Shown: positions 37,006 to 46,370, counted from the stretch's first letter. The stretch is DNA of 64,000 nucleotides from Candidatus Desulfaltia bathyphila (GCA_014381545.1 JACNLL010000035.1:1741-65740); one strand, 5' to 3'. Translations and numbers: made by a program. The notes: generated from the letters alone by a model not told the origin.

Positions 37006-37950
37006 TTAATTTCTTGTATCCTTGTGTATGGTGTATAACCTTGGCCCATTTGATTTGTCTTCTCTGCCATTCATCATGTTCAATACATGTCCAGCATCAA
37101 TGGCCGGTATTGAAAATCTATTTGCTACATCAACGCAAACTAAAAGAGAACCGATTCCTGCTCCTACAAGACAAAGATCAACATTGGGAGGTATTTGGTT
37201 TAATGTTTTTTCTTTTATAGATCCCCACCGGGTTGCCACGTAGGAATCAGGAATTTCAGCAAACACGATATCTGGATAACTTGAAAATTGGGCAAACCAT
37301 TGCTTACACGTATCCATATTGCAATCTGAACTAATAATGCATATCTTTTTTCCGCTTACAAGGTTGCCAAAAGATTTTGACGTCAAATATGCATAAACTA
37401 TGTAAAAAGGAATATAATTGTTATTCGTTAATTCGATATTATTATTAAACAAAAATTCAATAAATTTTAATGCTGAACCATCTCCTTTTGATCTGCAAAA
37501 AAAAGAAAATACTCCCTTCTTTTCCTGACGGACATTTCCGGGATAAATCAAAGAGGCAAACTTACCCGACTTAGCCAGAATTTTCAGCGCTTCAATATGT
37601 ATGGGCATAGCTTTCTTTATAGATTCCACCGATTCTGCTTGTTGGTAAAGGCCGTTGCAGTGCAAACTGTTTTGATAAAATGCATATTCTCCGTCGGCAA
37701 ATCGAACAATCGGTGTTGCCCTTCTTGAGGAGATACCTTGTTCAACGAATTTGTGCATAATATTGAAATATTGATTGCCGTTCAAAACATCTTTATGGAA
37801 AAGACATGTTTCCTGTTCAATCATTTCTGGTGCATTGACTTGCAAAACCGGCGTGTTATCTATTTCAATCAGATCAAGTTTATCAAATCGAAATATCTGA
37901 CTTGCAATCATGTAATCGAGATAAGATTCTTTTTTCATGACATGTTCCAT
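37006..37950 (-). CDS. Hypothetical protein, possibly a GT-D (DUF1792-like) glycosyltransferase
   Basis: RFADGEYAFY and LVGAGIGSLL....IPAIDAGHV resemble the two conserved GT-D motifs. The assignment is tentative. Confidence 0.55.
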   Translation of the reverse strand: MEHVMKKESYLDYMIASQIFRFDKLDLIEIDNTPVLQVNAPEMIEQETCLFHKDVLNGNQYFNIMHKFVEQGISSRRATPIVRFADGEYAFYQNSLHCNGLYQQAESVESIKKAMPIHIEALKILAKSGKFASLIYPGNVRQEKKGVFSFFCRSKGDGSALKFIEFLFNNNIELTNNNYIPFYIVYAYLTSKSFGNLVSGKKICIISSDCNMDTCKQWFAQFSSYPDIVFAEIPDSYVATRWGSIKEKTLNQIPPNVDLCLVGAGIGSLLVCVDVANRFSIPAIDAGHVLNMMNGREDKSNGPRLYTIHKDTRN

Positions 37951-37959
37951 ATGCTAACA

Positions 37960-38850
37960 TTATTTCTTTGCTTCATGATAAATTACCTGGTATTTACCGA
38001 GCTTTTCTCTCGCTATTGTTTTGTCTTTTGCTAAGGGCATAAAAAGTTTTAGCGTTATTATTCTCCACCAAGCTTTTATAATATTAGCCCTGCTGATCCG
38101 CTTAATAGTTTTTGGAAGATAATGTTTTCTATAAAAAATATATTCAGCACGTATTTTCTTTTTCCATACTTCTGATGATAATGAGTTTTTTTCACTTTGT
38201 CCGCCAAGATGAACAACCGTTGCGGAATCTATATAACCGATTTCGTATCCTAGTTTTCTAATTCTAAGACACAGGTCCTGATCCTCCCCGTAGAGGAAAA
38301 AATCCTCATCAAATCCCCCAATTTTTTTGACAAGTTCCGAACGGGCAATCATACTCGCACCGAGAACACAGGCTATATTACCTGGGAGCTCCGACAATTC
38401 GTTTGTTGTATGTTTTTGACCGGGATATTTGTATGATACTGACCATTGCAAAGTTCCATCAGGATTAATAATTTTAGTTCCGGCAAGACCGATGTGTGAA
38501 TTTGCATCCATAAACGATATGGCTTTGCTGAAAGTATCTGGTACTACTTCGGTGTCCGGATTGAGGAAAAAGATGTATTTTCCTTTACACTGCGGTAACA
38601 TTTGGTTATTAGCTGCGGCAAATCCCCTGTTTTCCATATTGGCTATAAGGTAAACCGCTGGAAAATTTTTCTTAATAAGAGTCACGCTTCCATCTGTTGA
38701 AGCATTGTCAACAACAAATATTTCCTTGGTAATATTACTTGCTGCAAAAACAGATTTGAGGCAATTCCCAATCAGGTCTGCGGTATTATAGGATACAACT
38801 ATAATGGACAGATTCGGCTGTTCTCTTTTAAAATTTACTGTATTTTCCAT
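37960..38850 (-). CDS. Family 2 glycosyltransferase
   Basis: LSIIVVSYN...VVDNASTDGS...FLNPD, and a later EDQDL motif. Confidence 0.85.
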   Translation of the reverse strand: MENTVNFKREQPNLSIIVVSYNTADLIGNCLKSVFAASNITKEIFVVDNASTDGSVTLIKKNFPAVYLIANMENRGFAAANNQMLPQCKGKYIFFLNPDTEVVPDTFSKAISFMDANSHIGLAGTKIINPDGTLQWSVSYKYPGQKHTTNELSELPGNIACVLGASMIARSELVKKIGGFDEDFFLYGEDQDLCLRIRKLGYEIGYIDSATVVHLGGQSEKNSLSSEVWKKKIRAEYIFYRKHYLPKTIKRISRANIIKAWWRIITLKLFMPLAKDKTIAREKLGKYQVIYHEAKK

Positions 38851-38923
38851 GAACTAAATCAAATTGTTATCATAAAACATTTCTATAGGTAATTTTAAAG
38901 CCACGGATAAAATAAAGGTTTTA

Positions 38924-39682
38924 CTATTTCTTCCATGCCCACAACATACCCACAGGTCGACGACGAGTGGTGAAACCTTGTGCAATAAGGTATGCCTCCA
39001 GAGAGTCAATGTTCTGCCCGGATTCGGCCCCGCCGTGAACCTCCATTGCTATTTGATCAATCCTGGACAGGCATTCCAACGGGCAACCATAAATGATGTC
39101 ATATTCGGCGCCTTCACAATCCATTTTCAACAGGTCGCACCTTTTTATTCTGTGTTCTCTAAATATGTCGAAAAGCATAATTGAAGGTACCTGAATAACT
39201 TGATTGTGTTTGTGAGGTTTTTGAAAAATTGTGGCGCTTGTTGTAAAGCTATCATCAGGATCAAACATTACCTCAACCGTGCTAGAATGTCCGGCAACGG
39301 CTTTTTGAAAACATTCAATACTGCAATCTGCATTCAAACCCCGATTTTTTGCCAATTGCTTAAAATTAGAAGGTACTGGTTCATAAGCCAATATTCTTGA
39401 ATCATTAAAGCGGGAAGCTGCAAAAAGTGTGAAGAAACCTGCGTTGGCGCCGATGTCTATAATGGTTGAATTATCAGGAACATGTAATTCAAGTCCATCC
39501 ATATAGCATTCATCCATGAAGATCTCTTTAAAGGTTTGAAGGAGTCTTTGAGGAACTTCAACAAGTATTCCTCTTCTCGTTCTAAACAAGATAGGATCAG
39601 CATTATAAATACCAAACTTGGTTGCCAAATATAGCCACCAGTTCGATAGATTTTTTATAAGGTTAAAATATCTCATATCCAA
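38924..39682 (-). CDS. FkbM family methyltransferase
   Basis: IIDIGANAGFFTL...YEPVPSNF...LLKMDCEGAEYDI are FkbM signatures. Confidence 0.85.
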   Translation of the reverse strand: MDMRYFNLIKNLSNWWLYLATKFGIYNADPILFRTRRGILVEVPQRLLQTFKEIFMDECYMDGLELHVPDNSTIIDIGANAGFFTLFAASRFNDSRILAYEPVPSNFKQLAKNRGLNADCSIECFQKAVAGHSSTVEVMFDPDDSFTTSATIFQKPHKHNQVIQVPSIMLFDIFREHRIKRCDLLKMDCEGAEYDIIYGCPLECLSRIDQIAMEVHGGAESGQNIDSLEAYLIAQGFTTRRRPVGMLWAWKK

Positions 39683-39704
39683 GCATATCTTAGCGGCAAA
39701 CGGT

Positions 39705-40841
39705 TTATGTTTGCAACATTTCCTCGTAAATTCCCTCCACCCTTTTTGCTACAGTGTCCCAACTGTTATTGAGAGCCGTATTGTAAGCTTTTTTTGCCAT
39801 CGTGCTTCTAATTTCGCTGTCTAACATAAAGCCTATTTTGTCACAAATCATATCGGTATTGGTTGTATCTTCAATTATGAATCCGTTTATCCCTTCCCTG
39901 AGCAGATCCTTTGCCCCTACCTTATTGCTGATTATTACTGGTAAAGAAGCCGCCATGGCTTCCAAGACAGTGATTCCAAAGGTGTCGAATCTTGAAAGCA
40001 TCATAAAAATGTCACTTGCCAGATAGATCTTTTCGAGATTTTCTTTCTGGATACCGGCAAAGATCACGTTATCTTTTATGCCGGTCTGTTGTGCAAGCGC
40101 GCCATACTTTTTGTAATCGCCCTTTCCAACGACAAGCAGTCTGATCTTGCGAGAAGGATAAGATGCCTTTGCCTTCCCAACAGCGGCCATAACATAATCG
40201 AGCCCCTTGATTTTGAAATTCATTGAAACAAATAAGATTACAATATCGGAGGGATCGATTTTAAATTGTTTTCTTATTTCTTTGCGGCAATGTTCACGGT
40301 CGAGCCTGTGGAACCTGTCGATATCAACACCGGGATGAATGACCTGGGTCTTTTCTGGCTCTATCTTATATTCCTGTAGAAATTTTTCCTTTGTCAGGTT
40401 GGAAACAGGAAGAAATATTTTGTATCTTGTGTTGTTGACGAGACGCTTCTCAACCCAACATGTAGCTCGATCAAAAAGGCTCATGAATTTCATGCGGACT
40501 TCATGCACCCATATCCGATGAGGAATTCCATGCATGGTGAATATATCTGCATCAAATATTCGATCATGGGTGTGGATGAGATCAAAGTTCATTTTTGCTA
40601 TTTTGCGATTGGCAAACCAGGCAAAGCTGATTGTTGTAAGGAATCTTGGGAATTTTATTATGGGAACCTTATGAAATGTGATTCGATCTGAATTTGACTG
40701 CCATTTGTTTGCAAAAACATGCAAGCCATATTTTTTGTTGAGGGACAGACGTTCGGATAGCTCATAAGCAAATCTTTCCGCCCCGCCAACTAGACCGTAT
40801 TTAGGGATTACTACGGCTATTTTTCTGATATTCGATATCAT
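39705..40841 (-). CDS. GT4 (GT1-fold) glycosyltransferase
   Basis: GGAERFAYEL at the N-terminus and a C-terminal E(x7)E-type region (FGITVLEAMAASLPVI). Confidence 0.9.
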   Translation of the reverse strand: MISNIRKIAVVIPKYGLVGGAERFAYELSERLSLNKKYGLHVFANKWQSNSDRITFHKVPIIKFPRFLTTISFAWFANRKIAKMNFDLIHTHDRIFDADIFTMHGIPHRIWVHEVRMKFMSLFDRATCWVEKRLVNNTRYKIFLPVSNLTKEKFLQEYKIEPEKTQVIHPGVDIDRFHRLDREHCRKEIRKQFKIDPSDIVILFVSMNFKIKGLDYVMAAVGKAKASYPSRKIRLLVVGKGDYKKYGALAQQTGIKDNVIFAGIQKENLEKIYLASDIFMMLSRFDTFGITVLEAMAASLPVIISNKVGAKDLLREGINGFIIEDTTNTDMICDKIGFMLDSEIRSTMAKKAYNTALNNSWDTVAKRVEGIYEEMLQT

Positions 40842-40850
40842 CTATAAGTG

Positions 40851-42101
40851 TTATTGATTCTGTAGTCTTGCTGCATTAGATTCCGAATCGAGTTTCCACA
40901 ATATGGTCATCATAGCAAGTATTGTATAAAAAACGATTGCCTGTAGGCCGAATGTGGCATCAGCGAACATTGATTGGGTGAAGTATGCGATAAAGCTGGC
41001 CATGAGGCAAATTCCCCAATTTCTGATAAAATCATTTCTTCTGTGTCTGATTACTTTCCATCCCATCCAGACAAAGGTAAATTGTATATAGAGAAATAAC
41101 GCAAGTCCCACAAGGCCGGTCCTCACAGTAACGTCAACTAATGTATTATGAGGGGCGGCTACGATGTGTCCTTGTCGGTATTCTGGGGGAATTCTTGCGT
41201 TGTATTTATCTAAATCCAAAAGATTTTTATTTCCATACGTTTGCATGCCGAAACCTATTCCTGTGCTCGGATAAGATTTGATAATTTCTAAAGAGGTTAA
41301 ATTTATACCTATTCTTTCATTACGCAAAATATGTGTGATAGCAAAGCGATTCTTGTATCCGGGAATAATTTCTATCCCCACCAATAAAATGATAACAAAC
41401 ACAATCAAAATCTTTTTGTTTTTATTTAAAAGAAAAATCAGCGATAAGACTACCGCAAGCAGGGCACTTCTAGTTTGAGTAAGAAGCGTTACCGTTCCTA
41501 TTCCTAAAATACAAATCAGAAGAACAGCCTTGCTATATAATTTGGTGTTGTTTAACAAGTGGCTAACTGATAGAAGAAGGGCGAATACGTATATATAATC
41601 TTTATAAGCGAATAATACAAATCTACCTGAAACATCATGTCCGAGAATAATGTAATAGTAAGTGATCGCTCCGAAAGAAAAAATTGCAGCAGAAATGATA
41701 ATGGTCCACGATAGAACAATAAGTCTCTTTCTGGAATTGAAAAAATTAATCACGATATAGTAGATGGCCAGATATTTTAGCAGATGCGCGCGAAAATCAT
41801 GTATGCTGTTTCCTTTATCAAGCGCAAAGAAAAGGCCGATGAATGCCCAGGCGGTAAAAAGCGCAATTGGAAGTGTAAGAGGTGACTTGAATGAAAAATC
41901 AGTTTTTTTAAAGCAGGTTAAAATAAGGACAATTATGACAGACCCATAAAAACAGATCTCCTTTATGGACGTTGTGTGAGGGATGGGACTAAAAAATAGA
42001 AAAATCACCATCAAAATTGGGATGATCTGATTTAACACTTTAAAATAACTTGTATTTGCTTTAATTTTTTTTAACAAGAGCATTTCCCCCGATAAAACCA
42101 T
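40851..42101 (-). CDS. O-antigen ligase family protein (Wzy_C/WaaL-like)
   Basis: 416 aa with about 10-12 TM segments and a periplasmic loop containing ...AAPHNTLVDV.. (conserved His region). Confidence 0.8.
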   Translation of the reverse strand: MVLSGEMLLLKKIKANTSYFKVLNQIIPILMVIFLFFSPIPHTTSIKEICFYGSVIIVLILTCFKKTDFSFKSPLTLPIALFTAWAFIGLFFALDKGNSIHDFRAHLLKYLAIYYIVINFFNSRKRLIVLSWTIIISAAIFSFGAITYYYIILGHDVSGRFVLFAYKDYIYVFALLLSVSHLLNNTKLYSKAVLLICILGIGTVTLLTQTRSALLAVVLSLIFLLNKNKKILIVFVIILLVGIEIIPGYKNRFAITHILRNERIGINLTSLEIIKSYPSTGIGFGMQTYGNKNLLDLDKYNARIPPEYRQGHIVAAPHNTLVDVTVRTGLVGLALFLYIQFTFVWMGWKVIRHRRNDFIRNWGICLMASFIAYFTQSMFADATFGLQAIVFYTILAMMTILWKLDSESNAARLQNQ

Positions 42102-42215
42102 TTTAAGTTCTTCTTATTTTTAACAAAACGTTTACTTATATCATATAATTATTAAAAAATACACTGTTTTTTGTTATACATTGATCAACTTATGCGGAAA
42201 TTGGAGGTTGAATTA

Positions 42216-43151
42216 ATGAAGACTGTTGGAACTGTGGTAGCTACATATAATGGTGAGAGATACTTGGATGAACAATTGAAGAGTATTATAAATCAATCAC
42301 AAAGGCCTCAACAAATTGTAATTGTAGATGATTGTTCTCAGGATGAAACGAAAGAAATAATAAGGAAATATGTTAAAGAATTACCAGACCTTTTCCTTTT
42401 TATTGAAAATAAAGAGAACTTAGGAGCTAAGAAAACTTTTGAAATAGGAATTTCGAAATGTAAAACTGATTATATAGCGTTATGCGATCAAGATGATGTG
42501 TGGAAACCGGATAAGATTGAAAAACAATTTAACTCACTGGAAGATAATAGAGATTCAAAGTTATGTTTTCATGATTTAGAGTTAATTAATAAAAAAGGGG
42601 ATACACTTGCAAATAGTTACTGGAAAGTAGCACCATCCGACGAACCATTGCCGGTAATAGGTCGTCAAGCAAGGGCGCGCTTGGCTGGTTTTTCAAATCC
42701 TGTCCCGGGGTGTACAATGTTTTTTTCTTCTTCCTTAAAGGATTATATTATTCCAATATCATCTTCTATATGGATCGGTCACGATTGGTGGATATCCGTT
42801 ATAGCCTTTTTTTTTGATGCACCGACCTATATTAAAGAAACCCTTTCGAGGTATAGATTTCATCCATATCAAGCAGCAGGTATCGGGACTTCTTTAAAGA
42901 AAAAGAAGGACCAGAGAAGTGCACTTGCCGTACATGCGCGAATTGTAAGAGAAGTTAAACGAATTATTCACAAGAAGAAATCTAAAAGAATGAAGTTAAT
43001 AGCATTGAATGAAAGTAGACACGCAATGAGCATTGAACTAATTAAAATTATTGAAAAATGTGAAAAAATAAATATATATCAGAATCGAAAACATGAGTAT
43101 AAATTGCTCAGGAATCGTCTCAAGAAAAATTTGGTAACGTTCATATCTTGA
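42216..43151 (+). CDS. Family 2 glycosyltransferase
   Basis: VVATYNGERYLDEQL...IVIVDDCSQDET...LCDQDD. GGAGG lies 8 nt upstream of the ATG at 42216. Confidence 0.85.
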   Translation: MKTVGTVVATYNGERYLDEQLKSIINQSQRPQQIVIVDDCSQDETKEIIRKYVKELPDLFLFIENKENLGAKKTFEIGISKCKTDYIALCDQDDVWKPDKIEKQFNSLEDNRDSKLCFHDLELINKKGDTLANSYWKVAPSDEPLPVIGRQARARLAGFSNPVPGCTMFFSSSLKDYIIPISSSIWIGHDWWISVIAFFFDAPTYIKETLSRYRFHPYQAAGIGTSLKKKKDQRSALAVHARIVREVKRIIHKKKSKRMKLIALNESRHAMSIELIKIIEKCEKINIYQNRKHEYKLLRNRLKKNLVTFIS

Positions 43152-43198
43152 AGTATCTTAAAATCGAAAAAAAAATGTGTACCGTTTCCAACTTTTTC

Positions 43199-43282
43199 TC
43201 ATATAAGACAAACCTGATCCTGCCAGTACAGGTTAATGAGAAATGGTGTACGCGTATCAGGATACATATCATGGAAGGCTTT
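43199..43282 (-). pseudogene. C-terminal fragment of a COG1373-type ATPase gene
   Basis: The translation KAFHDMYPDTRTPFLINL parallels KAFCDMYPESRAPFLINL of the ATPase at 47761..49026. The nucleotide match is to 47836-47889. Confidence 0.55.
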
Positions 43283-43580
43283 ATTTATACCCATTGGGAT
43301 GCTTCCGATGCCATTCCCAGGCGGTAAAGAGTGCAAAAGGAAGTGTAAGTGGTGACTTAAAGGAAAAGTCAATCTTTTTGAAGCAGATTAAAATAAGGAC
43401 AATTATGACAGACCCATAAAAACAGACCTCCTTTATGGACGTTGTGTGGGAGAAGGGATTAAAGAATATGAATATCCCCATTAGTATGGGGACACTCAGG
43501 TTTAGGACCTTGAAAATCTTTTCTCTTGTGTTTTGTTCGCTTAATTGCGGCGTCGTGTCTCTAATTGTATTCATACCCAT
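43281..43580 (-). pseudogene. Chimeric fragment: 5' part of an O-antigen-ligase allele fused to the galE 3' end
   Basis: KVLNLSVPILMGIF...TTSIKEVCFYGSVIIVLILICFKK.DFSFKSPLTLP.ALFTAW parallels residues ~22-85 of the ligase at 40851..42101. It then reads EWHRKHPNGYK*, which is the GalE C-terminus. Confidence 0.75.
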
Positions 43581-43805
43581 GTTTACTTGTAAATATTCTT
43601 CTCTGTCTGCATATCATAAAGGCTTTTTTATACCCATCAGGAGATTTTCTATATCTCAATGGAAAGTAAAGAATGTAGAAACTGTTCTCCGAACAGGCTC
43701 TACATTCTCCAGCGTAGAAATGCATACCATGCGAGTTCCCGCGCAGGAGAGCGGGAACGATAAACCGCTCTGAACTCGTGAATGGTTACCAGATAAGTAA
43801 CGAGG

Positions 43806-44201
43806 CTATCTAAAGGATTTAATAGCTTTTTTTATTTCGACATCTATATGCTCTGCGGCCTTTTTTGCCTTAATAGCCTCCTCCTTTGTATATTGAGTCG
43901 GCCAGTGTACAGGATATCGTGTATCAATATAAAATCCGTTTAAAAGCCTGCAATCATCCATAAGTATTTCGAGCTCAGGTTTTTTACTCACGCATGATTT
44001 CAAAAGCATTGGCAAGTCATGAATTTTCTTGAATTCCAAATCGCAGGTTATAATTAAGGATTTCAAATACTTTTCGGCGGCCTGATGAAAATGAAAACAA
44101 ATCTGGGCGTAAAATGCACTATCTTCAATAACTGAAATGGCAAATTCAAGATCTTCATCGGCCTTCTTTAACCACTCACTAATTATTTGTGAATCAGCCA
44201 T
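43806..44201 (-). CDS. HEPN domain protein (toxin partner of an MNT/HEPN pair)
   Basis: About 130 aa, helical, HEPN-like (AEKYLKSLI...YIDTRYP). The ATG overlaps the MNT stop (ATGGCTGA). Confidence 0.85.
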   Translation of the reverse strand: MADSQIISEWLKKADEDLEFAISVIEDSAFYAQICFHFHQAAEKYLKSLIITCDLEFKKIHDLPMLLKSCVSKKPELEILMDDCRLLNGFYIDTRYPVHWPTQYTKEEAIKAKKAAEHIDVEIKKAIKSFR

Positions 44202-44514
44202 AAAGAACCCTGCCTTCACGGAGAATAGTTTTTATAAATGGGTCGCCTAATTTAATTCGCTCATCAAATTCATCGGGACGGTAAACAAGCATATCAGCAG
44301 CAATATTTCGCTCGATTAAGCCATCCAACTCGCGCATTCGATCAATGCCGCGCAAAGGTACGTCTTTTTTTATAATAAGGAAGTCCAGATCGTTAACCTC
44401 ATCATATTCTCCCCGCCCCGCAGAACCAAACAAAATTATTTTCATAGGACGATATTTCCGAATGATCTGCCCAACAATAGTTTCTATTTCTAATGTGATT
44501 TCATTTAGTTTCAT
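44194..44514 (-). CDS. Minimal nucleotidyltransferase (MNT antitoxin-type)
   Basis: LFGSAGRGEYDEVNDLDFLII is the GSxxRG...DxD Pol-beta-type NTase motif. Confidence 0.9.
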   Translation of the reverse strand: MKLNEITLEIETIVGQIIRKYRPMKIILFGSAGRGEYDEVNDLDFLIIKKDVPLRGIDRMRELDGLIERNIAADMLVYRPDEFDERIKLGDPFIKTILREGRVLYG

Positions 44515-45038
44515 AAATAATTCATATCACGTCTTTGAGAGAAAAGCAACTTCCCACTTTTCTTCATATTTTCGAAGTGTGAGCCCAAATTTTTTCAGTA
44601 TAAAGTTGCTGGAAATGTTGCATATTTTTTTGCCCCAGTCGGATTAGAAAAATCGGAACCGGAAGCAAGGATATTGATTGGCGCTTCTCAACATCTTGTT
44701 TTGTGATAACATTCAGATGATCCTTTTTAGAGCTTATTTTTGTAACCCATTGTATTTATTAGATACATAATTGGCGTCAATTATTTATACAATGCGCTTT
44801 TTCCTAACAGTCTTCAGTCTATCCACCTGAGTATTTACCTTAATTTCTTTGTATTTAAACCTATCTGCGTTTATCCTCCAAATGCGGACAAGTCTGTGTG
44901 AATCTGTGGCTGAATGGTTAGTATTCTTTTTTGCCGCCAAACTCAAGGATCTTTTTATAAAACGGGAATCCAGGTCGGTGGGCGGGGGAGGATATGAATG
45001 GTCGTGGGGTCACGAGGTACGGCGTGGGATAGTTTTTC

Positions 45039-45066
45039 TTGACAACCCTTATTCGTCGAGTATAAT
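45039..45066 (+). promoter_or_regulatory. Near-consensus sigma70-type promoter upstream of the ATPase gene
   Basis: TTGACA (45039-45044), a 16-nt spacer, then TATAAT (45061-45066). It lies ~50 nt upstream of AAGGAGG plus the ATG at 45117. Confidence 0.5.
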
Positions 45067-45116
45067 AGTCATTATTTTAACTGTTCTGTCGTGTGTTGTC
45101 GACAAAAGGAGGGGTT

Positions 45117-46370
45117 ATGCTAAATGAACTCTTCGGCATTCATGGCCGAATGATTTCAAAGATTTCGTTGGATTTCAAAAGGCGCCTTTACGAAATAATA
45201 AACTGGGACCAAAGGATGATAATTATTACCGGTGCAAGAGGAACCGGGAAGACTACATTGGTCTTGCAGCATTACCTTGAAACTTACAATGATATTAAGA
45301 AGTGCCTCTATATTTCAGCGGATAACCCATTAGTACTGAAAACCGGACTCTATAAAACGGCCGGTGAATACTTTAAGTATCATGGTGACTGTTTGATAAT
45401 CGATGAGGTTCATAAGCAAAAAGATTGGAGCATTGAAGTAAAGGCGCTGTATGACGCATATCCTGACAAAAAATTCATTATTCTCGGCAGTTCAACCTTG
45501 AATATTTTATATGAAAAAGGTGATCTTTCACGGAGAGGCGTCCTATATTCACTTCAGCCACTCTCCTTTAGAGAATATCTTGAACTAAAATATCAAAAAC
45601 AACTCCAGGGATTCTCTTTTTCTCAAATCTTGTCCAACCATATCAGTATATGCGGCAAACTTATCTATCAGTTCAAAACCATACTTGGAGATTTTAACGA
45701 TTTTTTGATAAGCGGCAGCTATCCCTTTTTTCTCAATTTTTCCCAAAATGAATATTTTGACATATTATCTAATGTCCTTGATAAAGTTATCTACGAGGAT
45801 ATTTCAACGCTAAAATCCCTGAAATCATTTTCGAGTCTAAAATTAAAAAAATTATTGGCCTTTATAGCTATGAGCAAAATACCCCTCTTTAATATCGAAT
45901 CGCTTAAGGTCGAAATTGGTGTATCAAAAGACACGTTATATGAATACTTTGATCTATTGGACAGGGCGGAAATAGTTAAGATCGTCAGAACCAAATCCTC
46001 GTCTGTACGGGTTTTTAAGAATTCAAAAATCCTCTTTAAGTCTCCCAATATCTATTATGCTGTTGCATTTGAATCATGGAAAAGCGATGTTGACAGGGGA
46101 AACATACGGGAATCATTTTTTGCATCCCAAATTGAGGGCGCTTATCCCTTGTTTTCTTCCATGAATGCCGATTTTGTAGTGATTGACGGTGAAAAACGAA
46201 TTGAAATAGAGGTCGGAGGGAAAAGCAAGAAAAGAAAACAGATAAGAAATCTGAAAGACGCTTATGTTTTTAAAGATGGTATAGAGATCGGTTTTGCAAA
46301 TTCCATTCCCCTGTATCTGGCAGGATTTTTACTGACAGATCGGCCACAAAGGCCTCGAAAAGTTAAGTAG
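45117..46370 (+). CDS. AAA ATPase of the COG1373 type (AAA_14 + DUF4143-like)
   Basis: Walker A GARGTGKTT and Walker B CLIIDEVHK. The C-terminus has ADFVVIDGEKRIEIEVGGK, a nuclease-fold-like D...E.E/K pattern. Confidence 0.85.
   Translation: MLNELFGIHGRMISKISLDFKRRLYEIINWDQRMIIITGARGTGKTTLVLQHYLETYNDIKKCLYISADNPLVLKTGLYKTAGEYFKYHGDCLIIDEVHKQKDWSIEVKALYDAYPDKKFIILGSSTLNILYEKGDLSRRGVLYSLQPLSFREYLELKYQKQLQGFSFSQILSNHISICGKLIYQFKTILGDFNDFLISGSYPFFLNFSQNEYFDILSNVLDKVIYEDISTLKSLKSFSSLKLKKLLAFIAMSKIPLFNIESLKVEIGVSKDTLYEYFDLLDRAEIVKIVRTKSSSVRVFKNSKILFKSPNIYYAVAFESWKSDVDRGNIRESFFASQIEGAYPLFSSMNADFVVIDGEKRIEIEVGGKSKKRKQIRNLKDAYVFKDGIEIGFANSIPLYLAGFLLTDRPQRPRKVK

Noticed and set aside
43733-43767. GAGTTCCCGCGCAGGAGAGCGGGAACGATAAACCG resembles a type I-E CRISPR repeat, which has the form GAGTTCCCCGCG...GGGGATAAACCG.
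   Set aside because: It is a single copy with no spacer-repeat periodicity and no cas genes in the window. It also fits the local REP class of TTCCCGC-loop-GCGGGAA hairpins; compare 49197-49222. Treated as an orphan REP-like hairpin.
44975-45030. G-rich tract (GGTGGGCGGGGGAGG...GTGGGG...GTGGG) considered as a potential G-quadruplex upstream of the first ATPase.
   Set aside because: The runs are irregular with long loops. It cannot be evaluated without computation, and there is no supporting context.
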